Source: Kofleriaceae bacterium (GTDB taxonomy: Bacteria > Myxococcota_A > Polyangia > Haliangiales > Haliangiaceae). Taken from it: a DNA stretch of 64,000 nucleotides. The notes below the pieces were generated by a model. The model worked only from the letters and a program-made list of their open reading frames with translations. It did not search any database and was not told where the DNA came from. The first letter of the stretch is position 1, and the number at the start of each line of letters is the position of its first letter. The translations under genes were made by a program, and so were the position numbers. The stretch covers positions 737,664-801,663 of the forward strand of contig CAXNMK010000002.1 in assembly GCA_964203225.1 (NCBI GenBank). Reading direction: 5' to 3'. Positions 1 to 11,024 of this stretch are shown here, in pieces.

Positions 1-1133
<1,133 letters not shown>

Positions 1134-1257
1134 CATGCCTGACATGCCTGACATGCCTGACCTGCGCGACCTGCGCGACCTGCGCGACCTGCGCGACCTG
1201 CGCGACCTGCGCGACCTGCGTGACCTGCCTGACGTGCGTGACGTGCGGGAGAGCGCC
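1134..1257. repeat. Intergenic 9-bp tandem repeat array (cctgacatg x3, then cgcgacctg x~6, then degenerate copies)
   Basis: Direct reading of perfect 9-mer tandem copies between the gspE stop and the gspF start. Confidence 0.9.
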
Positions 1258-1260
1258 TAG

Positions 1261-2517
1261 ATGCCGATGTACGCGTTCAAGGGGGTGTCGCCCAGCGGCA
1301 AGCCCGTCAACGGCGTGCGCGACGCGGAGTCGCCCAAGCTGCTGCGGCAGCTGCTGCGCAAGGACGGCGTGCTCGTCACGGGCTTCGAGCTGTCGCGCGG
1401 TGGCAAGGCGGCCAAGGCGGCCAACGCCCAGAAGGGTGGCCTGTCGAAGGACGTCGACCTCGGCGGCCTGTTCGGCGGCGTCGGGAAGGACGAGATCGCG
1501 TCGTTCACGCGCCAGCTGTCCACGCTCCTGCGCAGCGGCATCCCGCTCGCGGAGTCGCTCGGCGCGCTCGTCGAGCAGGTCACCAACGTCCGGTTCAAGG
1601 CGCCGCTCGCGGAGGTCCGCACCGCGGTCAACGAGGGCCTCGCCCTCGCCGACGCCCTCGGCAAGCACCCGAAGCTGTTCGACGAGCTGTTCGTGTCGAT
1701 GGTCCGCGCGGGTGAGGTCGCCGGCAACCTGGACGAGGTGCTGACCCGCCTCGCGGACTTCCTCGAGAGCTCGCAGAAGCTCAAGAGCAAGGTCCAGAGC
1801 GCGATGATCTATCCGCTCGTGATGGTCGTCGTCGGCGCCGGCATCATGGGCGTGCTGATGGTCAAGGTGATCCCGGAGATCACCTCGATGTTCACGCAGC
1901 AGGGGCGCGCGCTGCCGTGGAACACGCGCCTGCTGATCTGGTCGTCGTCGTTCATCGGCGGCAACTTCCTGTGGATCCTGATCGGCCTGGTCGCGGCGAT
2001 CTTCCTGTTCCTCAAGTGGAGCCGATCCACCGACGGTCGCCCGGTATGGAACCGGTTCGTGCTCAAGCTGCCGGTGCTCGGCGAGCTCGTCCGCACGATC
2101 AACGTCGGCCGGTTCGCCCGCACGCTCGGCACGATGCTGCAGTCCGGCGTGCCGATGCTGCGCTCGCTCGACACCGCCAAGCAGATCATGGGCAACATCA
2201 TCCTCCAGCGCGCCATCGAGGAGGCGAAGAAGGCCGTCACCGAGGGTGAGTCGCTCGCGCTCACGCTCAAGAAGTCCGGCCAGTTCCCCGCGACGATGGT
2301 CCACATGGTGGCCGTCGGCGAGCGGGCTGGCGCGCTGGAGCAGATGCTCGAGCGCGTCGCCACCACCTACGAGGCCGAGGTCGATACCAAGCTCGGCCGA
2401 TTCACCGCGCTCCTCGAGCCGCTGATGCTCGTCATCATGGGCGGCGCTGTCGCGTTCATCGTGTTCTCGATCCTCCAACCGATCATGGACCTCGGCCAGA
2501 TTTCTGGGCCCCGGTAG
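1261..2517 (+). CDS. gspF: Type II secretion inner-membrane platform protein GspF
   Basis: 418 aa. GspF/PilC-like duplicated domain architecture with hydrophobic segments. Lies immediately downstream of gspE. Confidence 0.85.
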   Translation: MPMYAFKGVSPSGKPVNGVRDAESPKLLRQLLRKDGVLVTGFELSRGGKAAKAANAQKGGLSKDVDLGGLFGGVGKDEIASFTRQLSTLLRSGIPLAESLGALVEQVTNVRFKAPLAEVRTAVNEGLALADALGKHPKLFDELFVSMVRAGEVAGNLDEVLTRLADFLESSQKLKSKVQSAMIYPLVMVVVGAGIMGVLMVKVIPEITSMFTQQGRALPWNTRLLIWSSSFIGGNFLWILIGLVAAIFLFLKWSRSTDGRPVWNRFVLKLPVLGELVRTINVGRFARTLGTMLQSGVPMLRSLDTAKQIMGNIILQRAIEEAKKAVTEGESLALTLKKSGQFPATMVHMVAVGERAGALEQMLERVATTYEAEVDTKLGRFTALLEPLMLVIMGGAVAFIVFSILQPIMDLGQISGPR

Positions 2518-2544
2518 CTACCGCGTCAGACAAGGAGATCCCAC

Positions 2545-2994
2545 ATGACCACCCGCACGTTCACGCCCTCCCTCCGCCGCTCCGCAGGCCAAGCTCAGTG
2601 GCGCATCCGCCGCTCTGGCCAGCGCGGCATGACGCTCCTCGAGATCATGATCGTGCTCGCGATCCTCGCGCTCGTGATGGGCCTCGTCGTCGGCCCGCGC
2701 GTGATGAAGATGTTCGGCGATTCCAAGGTCGATCTCGCGAAGATGACCGCCCAGAAGTACGCGTACGAGGCCTACACGCAGTGGAGCATGGCCAACCGCG
2801 ACAAGCAGTGCCCCGAGAAGCTCGAGGACCTCAACGAGTACACCAACCGCAAGGACGCCAAGGATCCGTGGGGCGGCACGTTCAAGATGCTGTGCGGCCA
2901 GAACCTCCCGGCGGGCGCCAAGGGCCTCGCGGTGATGTCGGCCGGCGAGGACCAGAAGGAAGGCACGGCCGACGACATCAAGTCGTGGGAGTGA
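2545..2994 (+). CDS. gspG: Major pseudopilin GspG (prepilin-type N-terminal cleavage/methylation domain)
   Basis: QRG|MTLLEIMIVLAILALV prepilin motif followed by a hydrophobic helix. ~150 aa. Confidence 0.8.
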   Translation: MTTRTFTPSLRRSAGQAQWRIRRSGQRGMTLLEIMIVLAILALVMGLVVGPRVMKMFGDSKVDLAKMTAQKYAYEAYTQWSMANRDKQCPEKLEDLNEYTNRKDAKDPWGGTFKMLCGQNLPAGAKGLAVMSAGEDQKEGTADDIKSWE

Positions 2995-3007
2995 CCTGAG
3001 CACCTCC

Positions 3008-3799
3008 ATGCCCACACGCACCCCCCATCGTCGGCCCCCTCAGCGGGGCATGACCATCCTCGAGATCATGATCGTCCTGGCGATCCTCGGGGCGGGGATG
3101 GTGCTCGTCAGCTCGGGGTTCCGCATGATCACCAAGGCCGACCTCGTGGAGAACGCCTCCGAGCTGACGGCGGTGCTGCAGCGCACCTCGCAGCTTGCGA
3201 TCGAGAACGGCGAGATGCACCGGGTGGTGTTCGATCTCGACAAGCAGGTCTACGGCGTCGAGGTGTGCCAGGGCCAGACCGCGATCGTGCGCAACGAGAA
3301 GCTCGAGCGCGACCCCGAGATGGTCAAGCGCGCCCTCGAGCGCGGCAAGCAGCGGCTGGCCACGCTCCCCGCGGACGCGTTCGCGGCCGGCGATCCCGAC
3401 GAGGCGATGCGCCGGACCGTCGCGCTCGCGGGGCATCACATCGCGGACCGGACGTGCGTGCCCGTTAGGGACGCCGTCAGCGGTGACTCCCGCGGCAAGG
3501 GCTGGATGCGCGGCCTGTACGCGAGCAAGGGCATCAAGTTCAAGGAGATCTGGGTCCAGCACCGCGACGAGGGCATCACCAAGGAGCAGGTCGCGATCTA
3601 CTTCTTCCCGATGGGCTCCGCGGAGAAGGCCGTGATCGAGCTGACCGATGGCAGCGAGGTGTTCACCGTGCTGGTCCACGGCCTGACCGGGCGCGTCCAG
3701 CTCAAGGACGGCTCGCTGCGGAACGTCGACGACCACATGCTGCGCAACGCGCTGGGCGACAAGGATGCCCAGCGCGATGGCGAGGAGGGCGCGCGATGA
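3008..3799 (+). CDS. gspH: Minor pseudopilin (GspH-like)
   Basis: RG|MTILEIMIVLAILGAG prepilin-type N-terminus. Position in the gsp operon. Confidence 0.6.
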   Translation: MPTRTPHRRPPQRGMTILEIMIVLAILGAGMVLVSSGFRMITKADLVENASELTAVLQRTSQLAIENGEMHRVVFDLDKQVYGVEVCQGQTAIVRNEKLERDPEMVKRALERGKQRLATLPADAFAAGDPDEAMRRTVALAGHHIADRTCVPVRDAVSGDSRGKGWMRGLYASKGIKFKEIWVQHRDEGITKEQVAIYFFPMGSAEKAVIELTDGSEVFTVLVHGLTGRVQLKDGSLRNVDDHMLRNALGDKDAQRDGEEGAR

Positions 3800-4629
3800 C
3801 GCTTCGCACCGCCACGCGCGGCCGCGGGTTCACGCTGCTCGAGGTCATGATCGGGCTCGCGCTGCTCGGGCTCGCGCTGACCGTGCTCCTCAAGAGCGCG
3901 GCCAACAGCATCTTCAGCGCGCAGCAGGCCCAGATGATGGGCGTCGTCACCGAGCTCGCGCGCGGCAAGATGTACGACATCGAGGAGATGCTCCAGAAGG
4001 ACGGCTTCACCGAGAGCAGCCAGTCCAAGGACTGCCCCGATCGCGGCGCGTCGCTCGACGGCGGCGAGACGTTCGAGGACGAGGGCTGGCCCAAGGTCCG
4101 CTACGGCTACTGCGTCGAGCAGGTCGAGCTGCCGGGCTGGGAGACGCTCCAGGCGATGGCCAAGGGGCAGGCCGGGGCGGGCTCGGGCTCGGGCGCGGGT
4201 TCGGGCGTCGGATCCGGATCGGGATCCGGCTCCGACGTCCCGTCGGGCGGGTTCCAGGACAGCGCGCTCGGCGGGATGCTGTCGATGATGGGCGGCGGGC
4301 TGGGCGGGGATGCCGGCGGTGGCGACGTCGAGGGCTCGATGGGCGCCTCGTTCATCCAGGGCCAGTACCAGATGGTGTCCGACGTGCTGAAGGCGTCGAT
4401 CCGCAAGGTCACGCTGCACGTCGCGTGGGAGGTGCTGGGGTCCAAGCGCGAGATCCGCGTGGTCGCCTACTTCACCGACGCCGCGTCGATGGACAAGGTG
4501 CTGAGCGGTCTGGGCTCGCAGGAGCCCGCGAGCGGTGGCAGCGGCACGGGCACCGGCAGCGGCACCACCGGCGGCGGCACCACCGGCGGGCGCACCGGCG
4601 GCACGGGCCGCGGAGGCAAGTCCGAGTGA
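3796..4629 (+). CDS. gspI: Minor pseudopilin (GspI-like) with Gly/Ser-rich insert
   Basis: RG|FTLLEVMIGLALLGLA prepilin motif. Start overlaps the upstream stop, indicating operon coupling. Confidence 0.55.
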   Translation: MTLRTATRGRGFTLLEVMIGLALLGLALTVLLKSAANSIFSAQQAQMMGVVTELARGKMYDIEEMLQKDGFTESSQSKDCPDRGASLDGGETFEDEGWPKVRYGYCVEQVELPGWETLQAMAKGQAGAGSGSGAGSGVGSGSGSGSDVPSGGFQDSALGGMLSMMGGGLGGDAGGGDVEGSMGASFIQGQYQMVSDVLKASIRKVTLHVAWEVLGSKREIRVVAYFTDAASMDKVLSGLGSQEPASGGSGTGTGSGTTGGGTTGGRTGGTGRGGKSE

Positions 4630-5306
4630 GCCGCCCCCGCCAGGCCGGCCTGACCCTGATCGAGATCATGATCGCCAGCGCGGTGATGGTGATCATGATG
4701 GCGCTCGCGTGGCGCACGATCTCCAACACGTCGGATGCGCGCCGCACCTACGAGGCGTTCGAGCAGCGCAACCACGAGCTGCGGATGGCGATGGCGCGCG
4801 TCGTCGCGGACTTCGAGCACGCGTACCTGTCCAAGAACGAGGACGGCTCGCAGTCGCACCCGCGCACGATGTTCATCGCCAAGTCGGGCACCAGGCTGCC
4901 CGAGCTGCGGTTCTCCACGCTCGGCCACCGCGTGCTGTGGGCGGACGCCAACGAGTCCGAGCAGACGGTGGTCCAGTACACCTCGCGCAACAACCCGGAC
5001 ATCCCGGGCCAGACCGACTGGGTCCGGCGCGAGCAGCGGCGGCTGTCCAACCTGCCTCCCGAGGAGGAGCCCGCCGAGAGCGACGTGCTGCTGACCAGGG
5101 TCGACAAGGTCGAGCTCCAGTACTTCAACTGGCGCACCGTCGACTGGCAGGACACCTGGGACACCACCCAGAGCGACGGCCAGAAGGGCTGGCTGCCCAG
5201 CCGCGTGCGGATCACCGTCACGGTCAAGGACCCCGGCGGCAAGGACTACAAGCTCACCACCCAGGCGCGGATCCTGCTCCAGGAACCGCTGAACTTCGTC
5301 CAATGA
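4626..5306 (+). CDS. gspJ: Minor pseudopilin (GspJ-like)
   Basis: GTG start overlapping the upstream stop. QAG|LTLIEIMIASAVMVIMM prepilin motif. Lies in the C-terminal frame of ORF 3765..5306. Confidence 0.55.
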   Translation: MSRPRQAGLTLIEIMIASAVMVIMMALAWRTISNTSDARRTYEAFEQRNHELRMAMARVVADFEHAYLSKNEDGSQSHPRTMFIAKSGTRLPELRFSTLGHRVLWADANESEQTVVQYTSRNNPDIPGQTDWVRREQRRLSNLPPEEEPAESDVLLTRVDKVELQYFNWRTVDWQDTWDTTQSDGQKGWLPSRVRITVTVKDPGGKDYKLTTQARILLQEPLNFVQ

Positions 5307-6730
5307 AGCCCGTCATGCCCCTCCGGCCCCTCCGGCCCCTCCGGCCCCTCCGGCCCCTCCGGTATCTCTGGACGTTCCTGACCACCGAGCGCGCGCTGCC
5401 CGGGGCGCGGCCGCGCGCGCGGGGCGGGGCGATCCGGCGGCTCCGCGCGCGGGCGCAGCGGGGCATCGCGCTCGTCACCGTGCTGATCGCGATCGCGATG
5501 ACGCTCGTGATCTCGAACGAGTTCGGCACCACGACCAACGTCGACCTGATCGCCGCCGCGAACTACCAGGACCAGATGCGGTCGCACTTTCTCGCGCGCT
5601 CGGCGGCCAACCTGTCCGAGCTCGTGATCCGGCTGCAGCAGCGCCTCGACAACCTCGCCCAGACCATCGGGCCGGTGCAGATCACCGACTTCGCCGACCA
5701 GGTGCTGCTCGCGTTCTGCGGCAGCAGCGAGGAGGTCCAGGCCGCGGTCGGGTTCGACCCGAGCAGCGCCAAGGGCCTCGGCGCCGAAATCGGGACGTGC
5801 GGGATCGTCGGCCAGATCACCACCGAGGACGACAAGATCAACGTCAACTGCGCCAACGGCAACGACGCCACGGCGGCCACGCTCAAGAGCGCGCTCGATG
5901 CGCTCGTGTTCTTCCAGGCGTACGATCCGGTGTTCGAGGACGCGGACGCCGAGGGCTACCGCCGCGACCGCGCCACGCTGATCGCGTCGATCGTCGATTA
6001 CATCGACAGCAACAGCCTGCGCGTGCGCGACCGTGGCACCACCGAGGACTACGGCTACGAGAACCTCAAGGACGACTACCGGCCGAAGAACAACTACCTG
6101 GATTCGATCGGCGAGATCAAGCTCGCGCGCGGCGTCGACGACCGGTTCTGGAGCCTGTTCGGCAGCGCGTTCACGATCTATGGCGGCTGCAAGACCAACC
6201 TGTCGGCGCTGTCGAACAGCCAGCTGATCGCCGCCATCCTCTACCTCGCCGCGAAGAACCCGAACGATCCGGTGCTGCAGAACCCGCAGCGGCTGTTCGC
6301 GCTCGCGGGCCTGGTGGCGCGGGCCAAGCAGTTCGGCATGACGTTCAGCAGCCACGACGACTTCATCGAGTTCGTGAAGGACCCGGGCGCGTCGATCGGC
6401 GCGCTCGCGTCGCAAGGCTCCACGCTCCAGGGCAGCGCCGCGAACTCGGCGATGTCGCAGGGGATCCCCGAGCTGTCCGGAGGGCAGAAGCTCGGCATGG
6501 AGCTCGACAAGACCAAGCTCCAGCAGATGACCACGACGGGCCCGCGCCGGACCTACCGGGTGCAGGCGTGGGGCGAGATCGAGCGCAAGCAGAAGAACGC
6601 GGACGGCTCGCCGGTCTATCCGGCGATCCGCTCGACGATCAACGGGGTGTGGGACACGAAGGTCGTCCTGCAGAACGCCCGTAAACCTCCCGCGCCCAAG
6701 GGGGCGTGGGTGTTCCTGAGGGAAGACTAG
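5303..6730 (+). CDS. gspK: Minor pseudopilin GspK-like
   Basis: ATGA start/stop overlap. N-terminal PLR x4 repeat, then GIALVTVLIAIAMTLVIS hydrophobic segment typical of GspK. ~476 aa. Confidence 0.55.
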   Translation: MKPVMPLRPLRPLRPLRPLRYLWTFLTTERALPGARPRARGGAIRRLRARAQRGIALVTVLIAIAMTLVISNEFGTTTNVDLIAAANYQDQMRSHFLARSAANLSELVIRLQQRLDNLAQTIGPVQITDFADQVLLAFCGSSEEVQAAVGFDPSSAKGLGAEIGTCGIVGQITTEDDKINVNCANGNDATAATLKSALDALVFFQAYDPVFEDADAEGYRRDRATLIASIVDYIDSNSLRVRDRGTTEDYGYENLKDDYRPKNNYLDSIGEIKLARGVDDRFWSLFGSAFTIYGGCKTNLSALSNSQLIAAILYLAAKNPNDPVLQNPQRLFALAGLVARAKQFGMTFSSHDDFIEFVKDPGASIGALASQGSTLQGSAANSAMSQGIPELSGGQKLGMELDKTKLQQMTTTGPRRTYRVQAWGEIERKQKNADGSPVYPAIRSTINGVWDTKVVLQNARKPPAPKGAWVFLRED

Positions 6731-6734
6731 AACC

Positions 6735-8405
6735 ATGTCGAGTCGCGTGTTCGCGGTCGATCTCGGTGCGTGGAGCGTCAAGCTGGCCGTCGCCAGCCCC
6801 GGCATCCGTGGCGCCATGCTGCTCAACGTCGTCGAGCGTCTCGTCCCGCCCGGCGAGGCGCCCGCCGAGGTCCGCGCCAAGGCGGTCCTCGCGCAGCTCG
6901 TCACCGAGCTCAAGCTCCGGGACGACACCGGCTACCTCGGGGTGTACGGCGACCAGGTGTTCACCCAGGTGCTCGAGTTCGGGTTCAAGAACCTGCGCCG
7001 CGCCGAGCTCGACCGCGCCGTGGGTGGTGAGCTCGAGGGGGTGGTCCCGGTCGACCTCGAGGACATGGTCTACACGTTCGAGCCGCTGCCCCAGCCGGCC
7101 GAGGCGGCCGCCGCCGCGACCACCGCGCCGGTGCTCGCGCACGGGCGCGTCGCCCCTCCCACCGAGGGCATGCGCGTGCTGACGTACGCGATGCGCAAGG
7201 ATCGCGCGGAGCACCTGATCGAGGTCGGTGCCGATTGCGGGTTCTCCCCGCGCGGCGTCCTCGCCTGTGGTGGCGCGGCCATCCGGCTGGTGGCCCACAC
7301 GCCGTCGTTGACGCGCGCGCGCACCGAGGGTGCGGTCGCGGTGATCGACATCGGCCACGATCGCACCGACGTCATCGTGGTCGCCGACAACAAGGCGGTG
7401 TTCAGCCGCAGCATCGCGCGCGCGGGCAAGCACGTCACCGAGGCGATCGCGAGCTGGCGCAAGATCCCGTTCGCGGACGCCGAGTACGCCAAGCACGTCG
7501 ACGGCTTCATCGCCTCGGCCGCCGAGCCCGCCTCGTCGGAGGCGTGGGCGCGGATCCACGATGTCACGAGCAAGGTGCTGCAGCCGTTCGCGCGCGACCT
7601 GCGCCAGACGCTCGCGGCGTGTCGCGCCAAGACGGGCTTTGGCGCGCTCGCGGCGGTGGTCGTCGGCGGCGGGGCCCGGCTGCGCGGCATGAGCTCGTTC
7701 CTCACCGAGTCGCTCGGCATCCCGGCCTGGCGCCTCACCGGTGACGACGTGCTCGCGCTCGCGGGCCCCAGGCTCGGGGCCGACGTCGGCAACCTGCCGA
7801 TCGACAGCGCCGCGATGACCGTCGGCATGGCGTACGACTGCGCGGGCGGTCGCCCGCTGTTCGATCTGCGTTCCGGCGCGCTCGCGGTGCGCATGGACCT
7901 GTCGTTCCTGCGCGCGAAGGCGGTGCCGCTGGGCGCCGCGGTGATCGCGATCTCGGCGTTCGCGGCGGTCAGCGCGTACGCGGACCTCTACCGCCTGCGC
8001 AAGGCGGAGACCACGCTATCGGCCCGGATCGCCACCGAGTCCGCCGCGCACTTCAAGGGCCAGGCGAAGACCGCCGACGAGATCCTCCGCGAGACCGCCG
8101 GGGCCGCGGGCGGCTCGGTGTCACCGCTGCCGCGGGCCACCGCCTACGACCTGCTCCTCGAGATCAGCGAGAAGGTCCCGGCCCGGGACAAGATCACGCT
8201 CGACATCGAGCAGCTCCAGATCGACGACCAGAAGATCGACATCCAGGGCACGACCAAGACCAGCGATGGCATCGACCTGATGGTCGGCGAGCTCAAGAAG
8301 ATCGAGTGCTTCAAGGATGTCAGTCGCGGGCCGACGGACACCACCGCCGACGGGCTGAAGAAGTTCAAGCTGACCATCACCGGTCAGTGCATGCAGGGCA
8401 TGTGA
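6735..8405 (+). CDS. gspL: T2SS assembly protein GspL-like (actin-like ATPase fold cytoplasmic domain)
   Basis: N-terminal MSSRVFAVDLGAWSVKLAV sugar-kinase/actin-like fold as in GspL/PilM, with a later TM segment. Operon position. Confidence 0.55.
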   Translation: MSSRVFAVDLGAWSVKLAVASPGIRGAMLLNVVERLVPPGEAPAEVRAKAVLAQLVTELKLRDDTGYLGVYGDQVFTQVLEFGFKNLRRAELDRAVGGELEGVVPVDLEDMVYTFEPLPQPAEAAAAATTAPVLAHGRVAPPTEGMRVLTYAMRKDRAEHLIEVGADCGFSPRGVLACGGAAIRLVAHTPSLTRARTEGAVAVIDIGHDRTDVIVVADNKAVFSRSIARAGKHVTEAIASWRKIPFADAEYAKHVDGFIASAAEPASSEAWARIHDVTSKVLQPFARDLRQTLAACRAKTGFGALAAVVVGGGARLRGMSSFLTESLGIPAWRLTGDDVLALAGPRLGADVGNLPIDSAAMTVGMAYDCAGGRPLFDLRSGALAVRMDLSFLRAKAVPLGAAVIAISAFAAVSAYADLYRLRKAETTLSARIATESAAHFKGQAKTADEILRETAGAAGGSVSPLPRATAYDLLLEISEKVPARDKITLDIEQLQIDDQKIDIQGTTKTSDGIDLMVGELKKIECFKDVSRGPTDTTADGLKKFKLTITGQCMQGM

Positions 8406-8412
8406 GGCTGTC

Positions 8413-9006
8413 ATGACCATCGCCGAACGAGCACGTGACTTCTGGGACCGGATCTCGCCGCGCGAGCGCCGGCTCGTCGTGATCGCCGCGATCGCGGTGC
8501 CGCTGACGGTGGCCCTGTGGCTCGGCCTCGCGATCCAGGATGGCCTCGCCGCCAAGGAGAAGCGCGTCGAGAAGATGCGCAAGGCCCTGGTCGTGCTCGC
8601 CGATCTGCAGGCGCGCGGCCCGGCCACCCCGACCGACGACGTCGTCGCGACCATGGGTGTCGAGCCGATCAGCCTCGACACCTACCTGACCAACGCGGCC
8701 ACCAAGGCCGGCTTCACCCTGCGCGGCACGACGCCGCGCAACCCGGTCACCAAGAACGGGTTCGTCACCAACTCGGTGTCGTGCCAGGTGTCCGACCTCT
8801 CGATCGGGGAGCTCAAGGCGTTCCTCCAGGAGATCGAGTCCGGATCGAAGGTCGTGGTGGTGTCGCGGCTCGACGTGCGCCGCGACTTCAAAGCCAAGGA
8901 CAAGCTCGACGCCACGCTCGAGGTGTCGACGTACTCGAAGGAGCCCCCGACGAAGGCCGACGCGCCCGCCGGTGAGGCTGCCGGCTCGGCGGAGAAGGGC
9001 TCCTGA
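8413..9006 (+). CDS. gspM: T2SS protein GspM-like small bitopic membrane protein
   Basis: 197 aa with a single N-terminal TM helix (VVIAAIAVPLTVALWLGLAI). Sits between the gspL-like and gspN-like genes. Confidence 0.5.
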   Translation: MTIAERARDFWDRISPRERRLVVIAAIAVPLTVALWLGLAIQDGLAAKEKRVEKMRKALVVLADLQARGPATPTDDVVATMGVEPISLDTYLTNAATKAGFTLRGTTPRNPVTKNGFVTNSVSCQVSDLSIGELKAFLQEIESGSKVVVVSRLDVRRDFKAKDKLDATLEVSTYSKEPPTKADAPAGEAAGSAEKGS

Positions 9007-9008
9007 TC

Positions 9009-10284
9009 ATGGCGATCGCACTCCCACGCAAGGTCCTCACGTACGTCGGCCTGACGCTGCTCGCGCTGGTCACGTTCGTGTTCGCGCTCCAGCTCACGTT
9101 CCCGTACGGGCGCGTGAAGACCAAGATCATCGAGGCGCTGGCGTCGAAGTACGACGTGACGATCGGCAGCGTCGACCGCGGCCTCGTCCCGGGTCGGATG
9201 TACTTCAACGCGGTCACGCTGCGCTCGATCCCGTCGTCCGCCGCCGAGGTGCCGACCCTGTTCTTCATCGAGCGCCTCGAGATCGACCTCGGCCTGCTCG
9301 CGCTGCTGCGCGGCGCCGCGGAGGTCAACATCGACGCCAAGATCGGCCCCGGTCGCCTCGCGGGCGCGATCACGATCTCGAAGTCGAGCACCGTCATCGA
9401 CCTGACGGGATCGAGCCTGCCGGCGGCGTCGCTGCCGATGAAGGACGCGATCGGGCTGCCGATGTCGGGCAAGCTCGACTTCGCGGTCGACCTCACGCTG
9501 CCGAACGAGCGCAGCAAGACCGGCCGCACCTCGCAGAACTGGCAGAAGGCGACGGGCGCGATGCGGTTTGGGTGCCCGACGGGCTGCACGTTCGGTGACG
9601 GCAAGACCAAGCTCAAGCCCAAGCTCAAGAACGCCCGCAGCGCGGCGTTCGCGGGCGACGGCGTGGAGTTCGGCAAGATCAACGTCGACTCCCTGCTCGC
9701 GAAGGCCACCATCACGGGCGGTCAGCTCGAGCTGACGACGTTCGAGACCACGTCGCAGGACGGCGAGCTCCACGTGGACTTCGCGGCGACCCTGGCGCCG
9801 TCGTTCAGCGACTCGATGGTCGCGGGCTGCCTGCGGTTCAAGGGCAGCGAGAGCCTCCAGCAGCGCGAGCCGCGGACCGCCGCGGCGCTGTCGACCACGG
9901 GCGCGCAGCTCGGCCCCGACAACCTGTTCCACATCCGCCTCGACGGGAAGTTCAAGGACATGAAGCGGCTCGCGCAGTTCTGCGGGCCGGCGATCAAGAG
10001 CGCGGGCGCCGAGGACCTGAGCGGGACCCCGTCGCGCCCGAACCTGACCGTGGAGCCACCCGAGCTCCCGGCCGCGGGCTCCGCCGCGGTCACGCCGCCG
10101 CCGCCGCCGCCGGCCCCACGCCGGAGCCGCCGCGCGCGGCGCCCGCCGATGCGGCGCCTGCCGTCGATCCCGCGACCGGCGCGGTCGCGCGCCCGCACAC
10201 GCCGTCCCGCCCGGCGAGCCGCTCGCACCCGAGCACGCGGGCAGCGCCGCCGCCGAGCAGCCCGCCACGCCACCGGCGCCCTGA
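9009..10284 (+). CDS. gspN: T2SS protein GspN-like. The C-terminus is uncertain (Pro/Ala-rich low complexity with a possible frameshift near 10085-10110)
   Basis: N-terminal TM helix, then a ~330-aa domain resembling GspN. The called frame then becomes Arg-rich nonsense and reads through the opposite-strand moaDE gene. Alternative frames give plausible Pro/Ala-rich tails ending near 10284. Confidence 0.45.
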
Positions 10285-10337
10285 GCGATCACAACGCAGG
10301 CGCGACCGGGGGGGGGCCGGGGGGACCCTTCGGTGGC

Positions 10338-10997
10338 TCAGGGTCCGAGCCCGACCCACTCGCTGCCGTCGTCGCCGAACTCCTTCTTCCAGATCGGCAC
10401 TCGCTCCTTGAGGCGATCGATCATCGCGCGGCACGCGGTGAACGCCTCGGCGCGGTGCGGGGCGGCCGCGGCGATCACCACCGCGAGATCGCCGATCGCG
10501 AGCGTGCCGGTGCGGTGCTCCACCGCGAGGCGCACGCCGGGCAACTCGGCCTCGATCTCCTCGCACAGGCGGGTCATCTCGCGGACCGCCATCGAGCCGT
10601 AGGCCTCGTAGTGGAGGCGCTCGACGGTGACCCCGCGGCTGGTGCGCCGCACCATCCCCGTGAACGTCACGATCCCGCCCATGCCCGGCCCCCCCACGGC
10701 GGCGACGCAGCGGTCGAGCGACAGCGGCGTCTCGAGGAGCTGGACGTGCCGCGCGTCCGCGCCGCCGGCGACCGGCGGGATCAGCGCGAGCTCGTCTCCG
10801 TCGACGAGCGGGTGGTCGTCACCGGTGAAGTCCTGGTTGACCGCGCACCGGAACCGCCCGCGCAGGGCGGCGATCGCGGGGTGGCGCGCCGCGAGCGTGG
10901 CGACCGCATCCGCGACGATCGCGCTGGGCGGCAGCTCGAGCACCTCGCCGTCGGTGGCCAGGCGCTCGCGCAGCACGGCGAAGTAGAGGACGGAGAT
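10338..10997 (-). CDS. moaDE: Fused molybdopterin synthase MoaD (sulfur carrier, ..PPVAGG) - MoaE (catalytic subunit)
   Basis: N-terminal ~80 aa is ThiS/MoaD-like and ends in GG. It is in frame with a MoaE-like region (HYEAYGSMAVREMTRLCEEI...KERVPIWKKEF). No stop lies between them. Confidence 0.75.
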   Translation of the reverse strand: MSVLYFAVLRERLATDGEVLELPPSAIVADAVATLAARHPAIAALRGRFRCAVNQDFTGDDHPLVDGDELALIPPVAGGADARHVQLLETPLSLDRCVAAVGGPGMGGIVTFTGMVRRTSRGVTVERLHYEAYGSMAVREMTRLCEEIEAELPGVRLAVEHRTGTLAIGDLAVVIAAAAPHRAEAFTACRAMIDRLKERVPIWKKEFGDDGSEWVGLGP

Positions 10998-11024
10998 CCG
11001 CATCACCGCGGTGTCGTACCACCG

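Noticed and set aside
5246-6928. 560-aa minus-strand ORF antisense to gspK
   Set aside because: Arg/Asp-rich nonsense. The sense strand encodes a recognisable pseudopilin.
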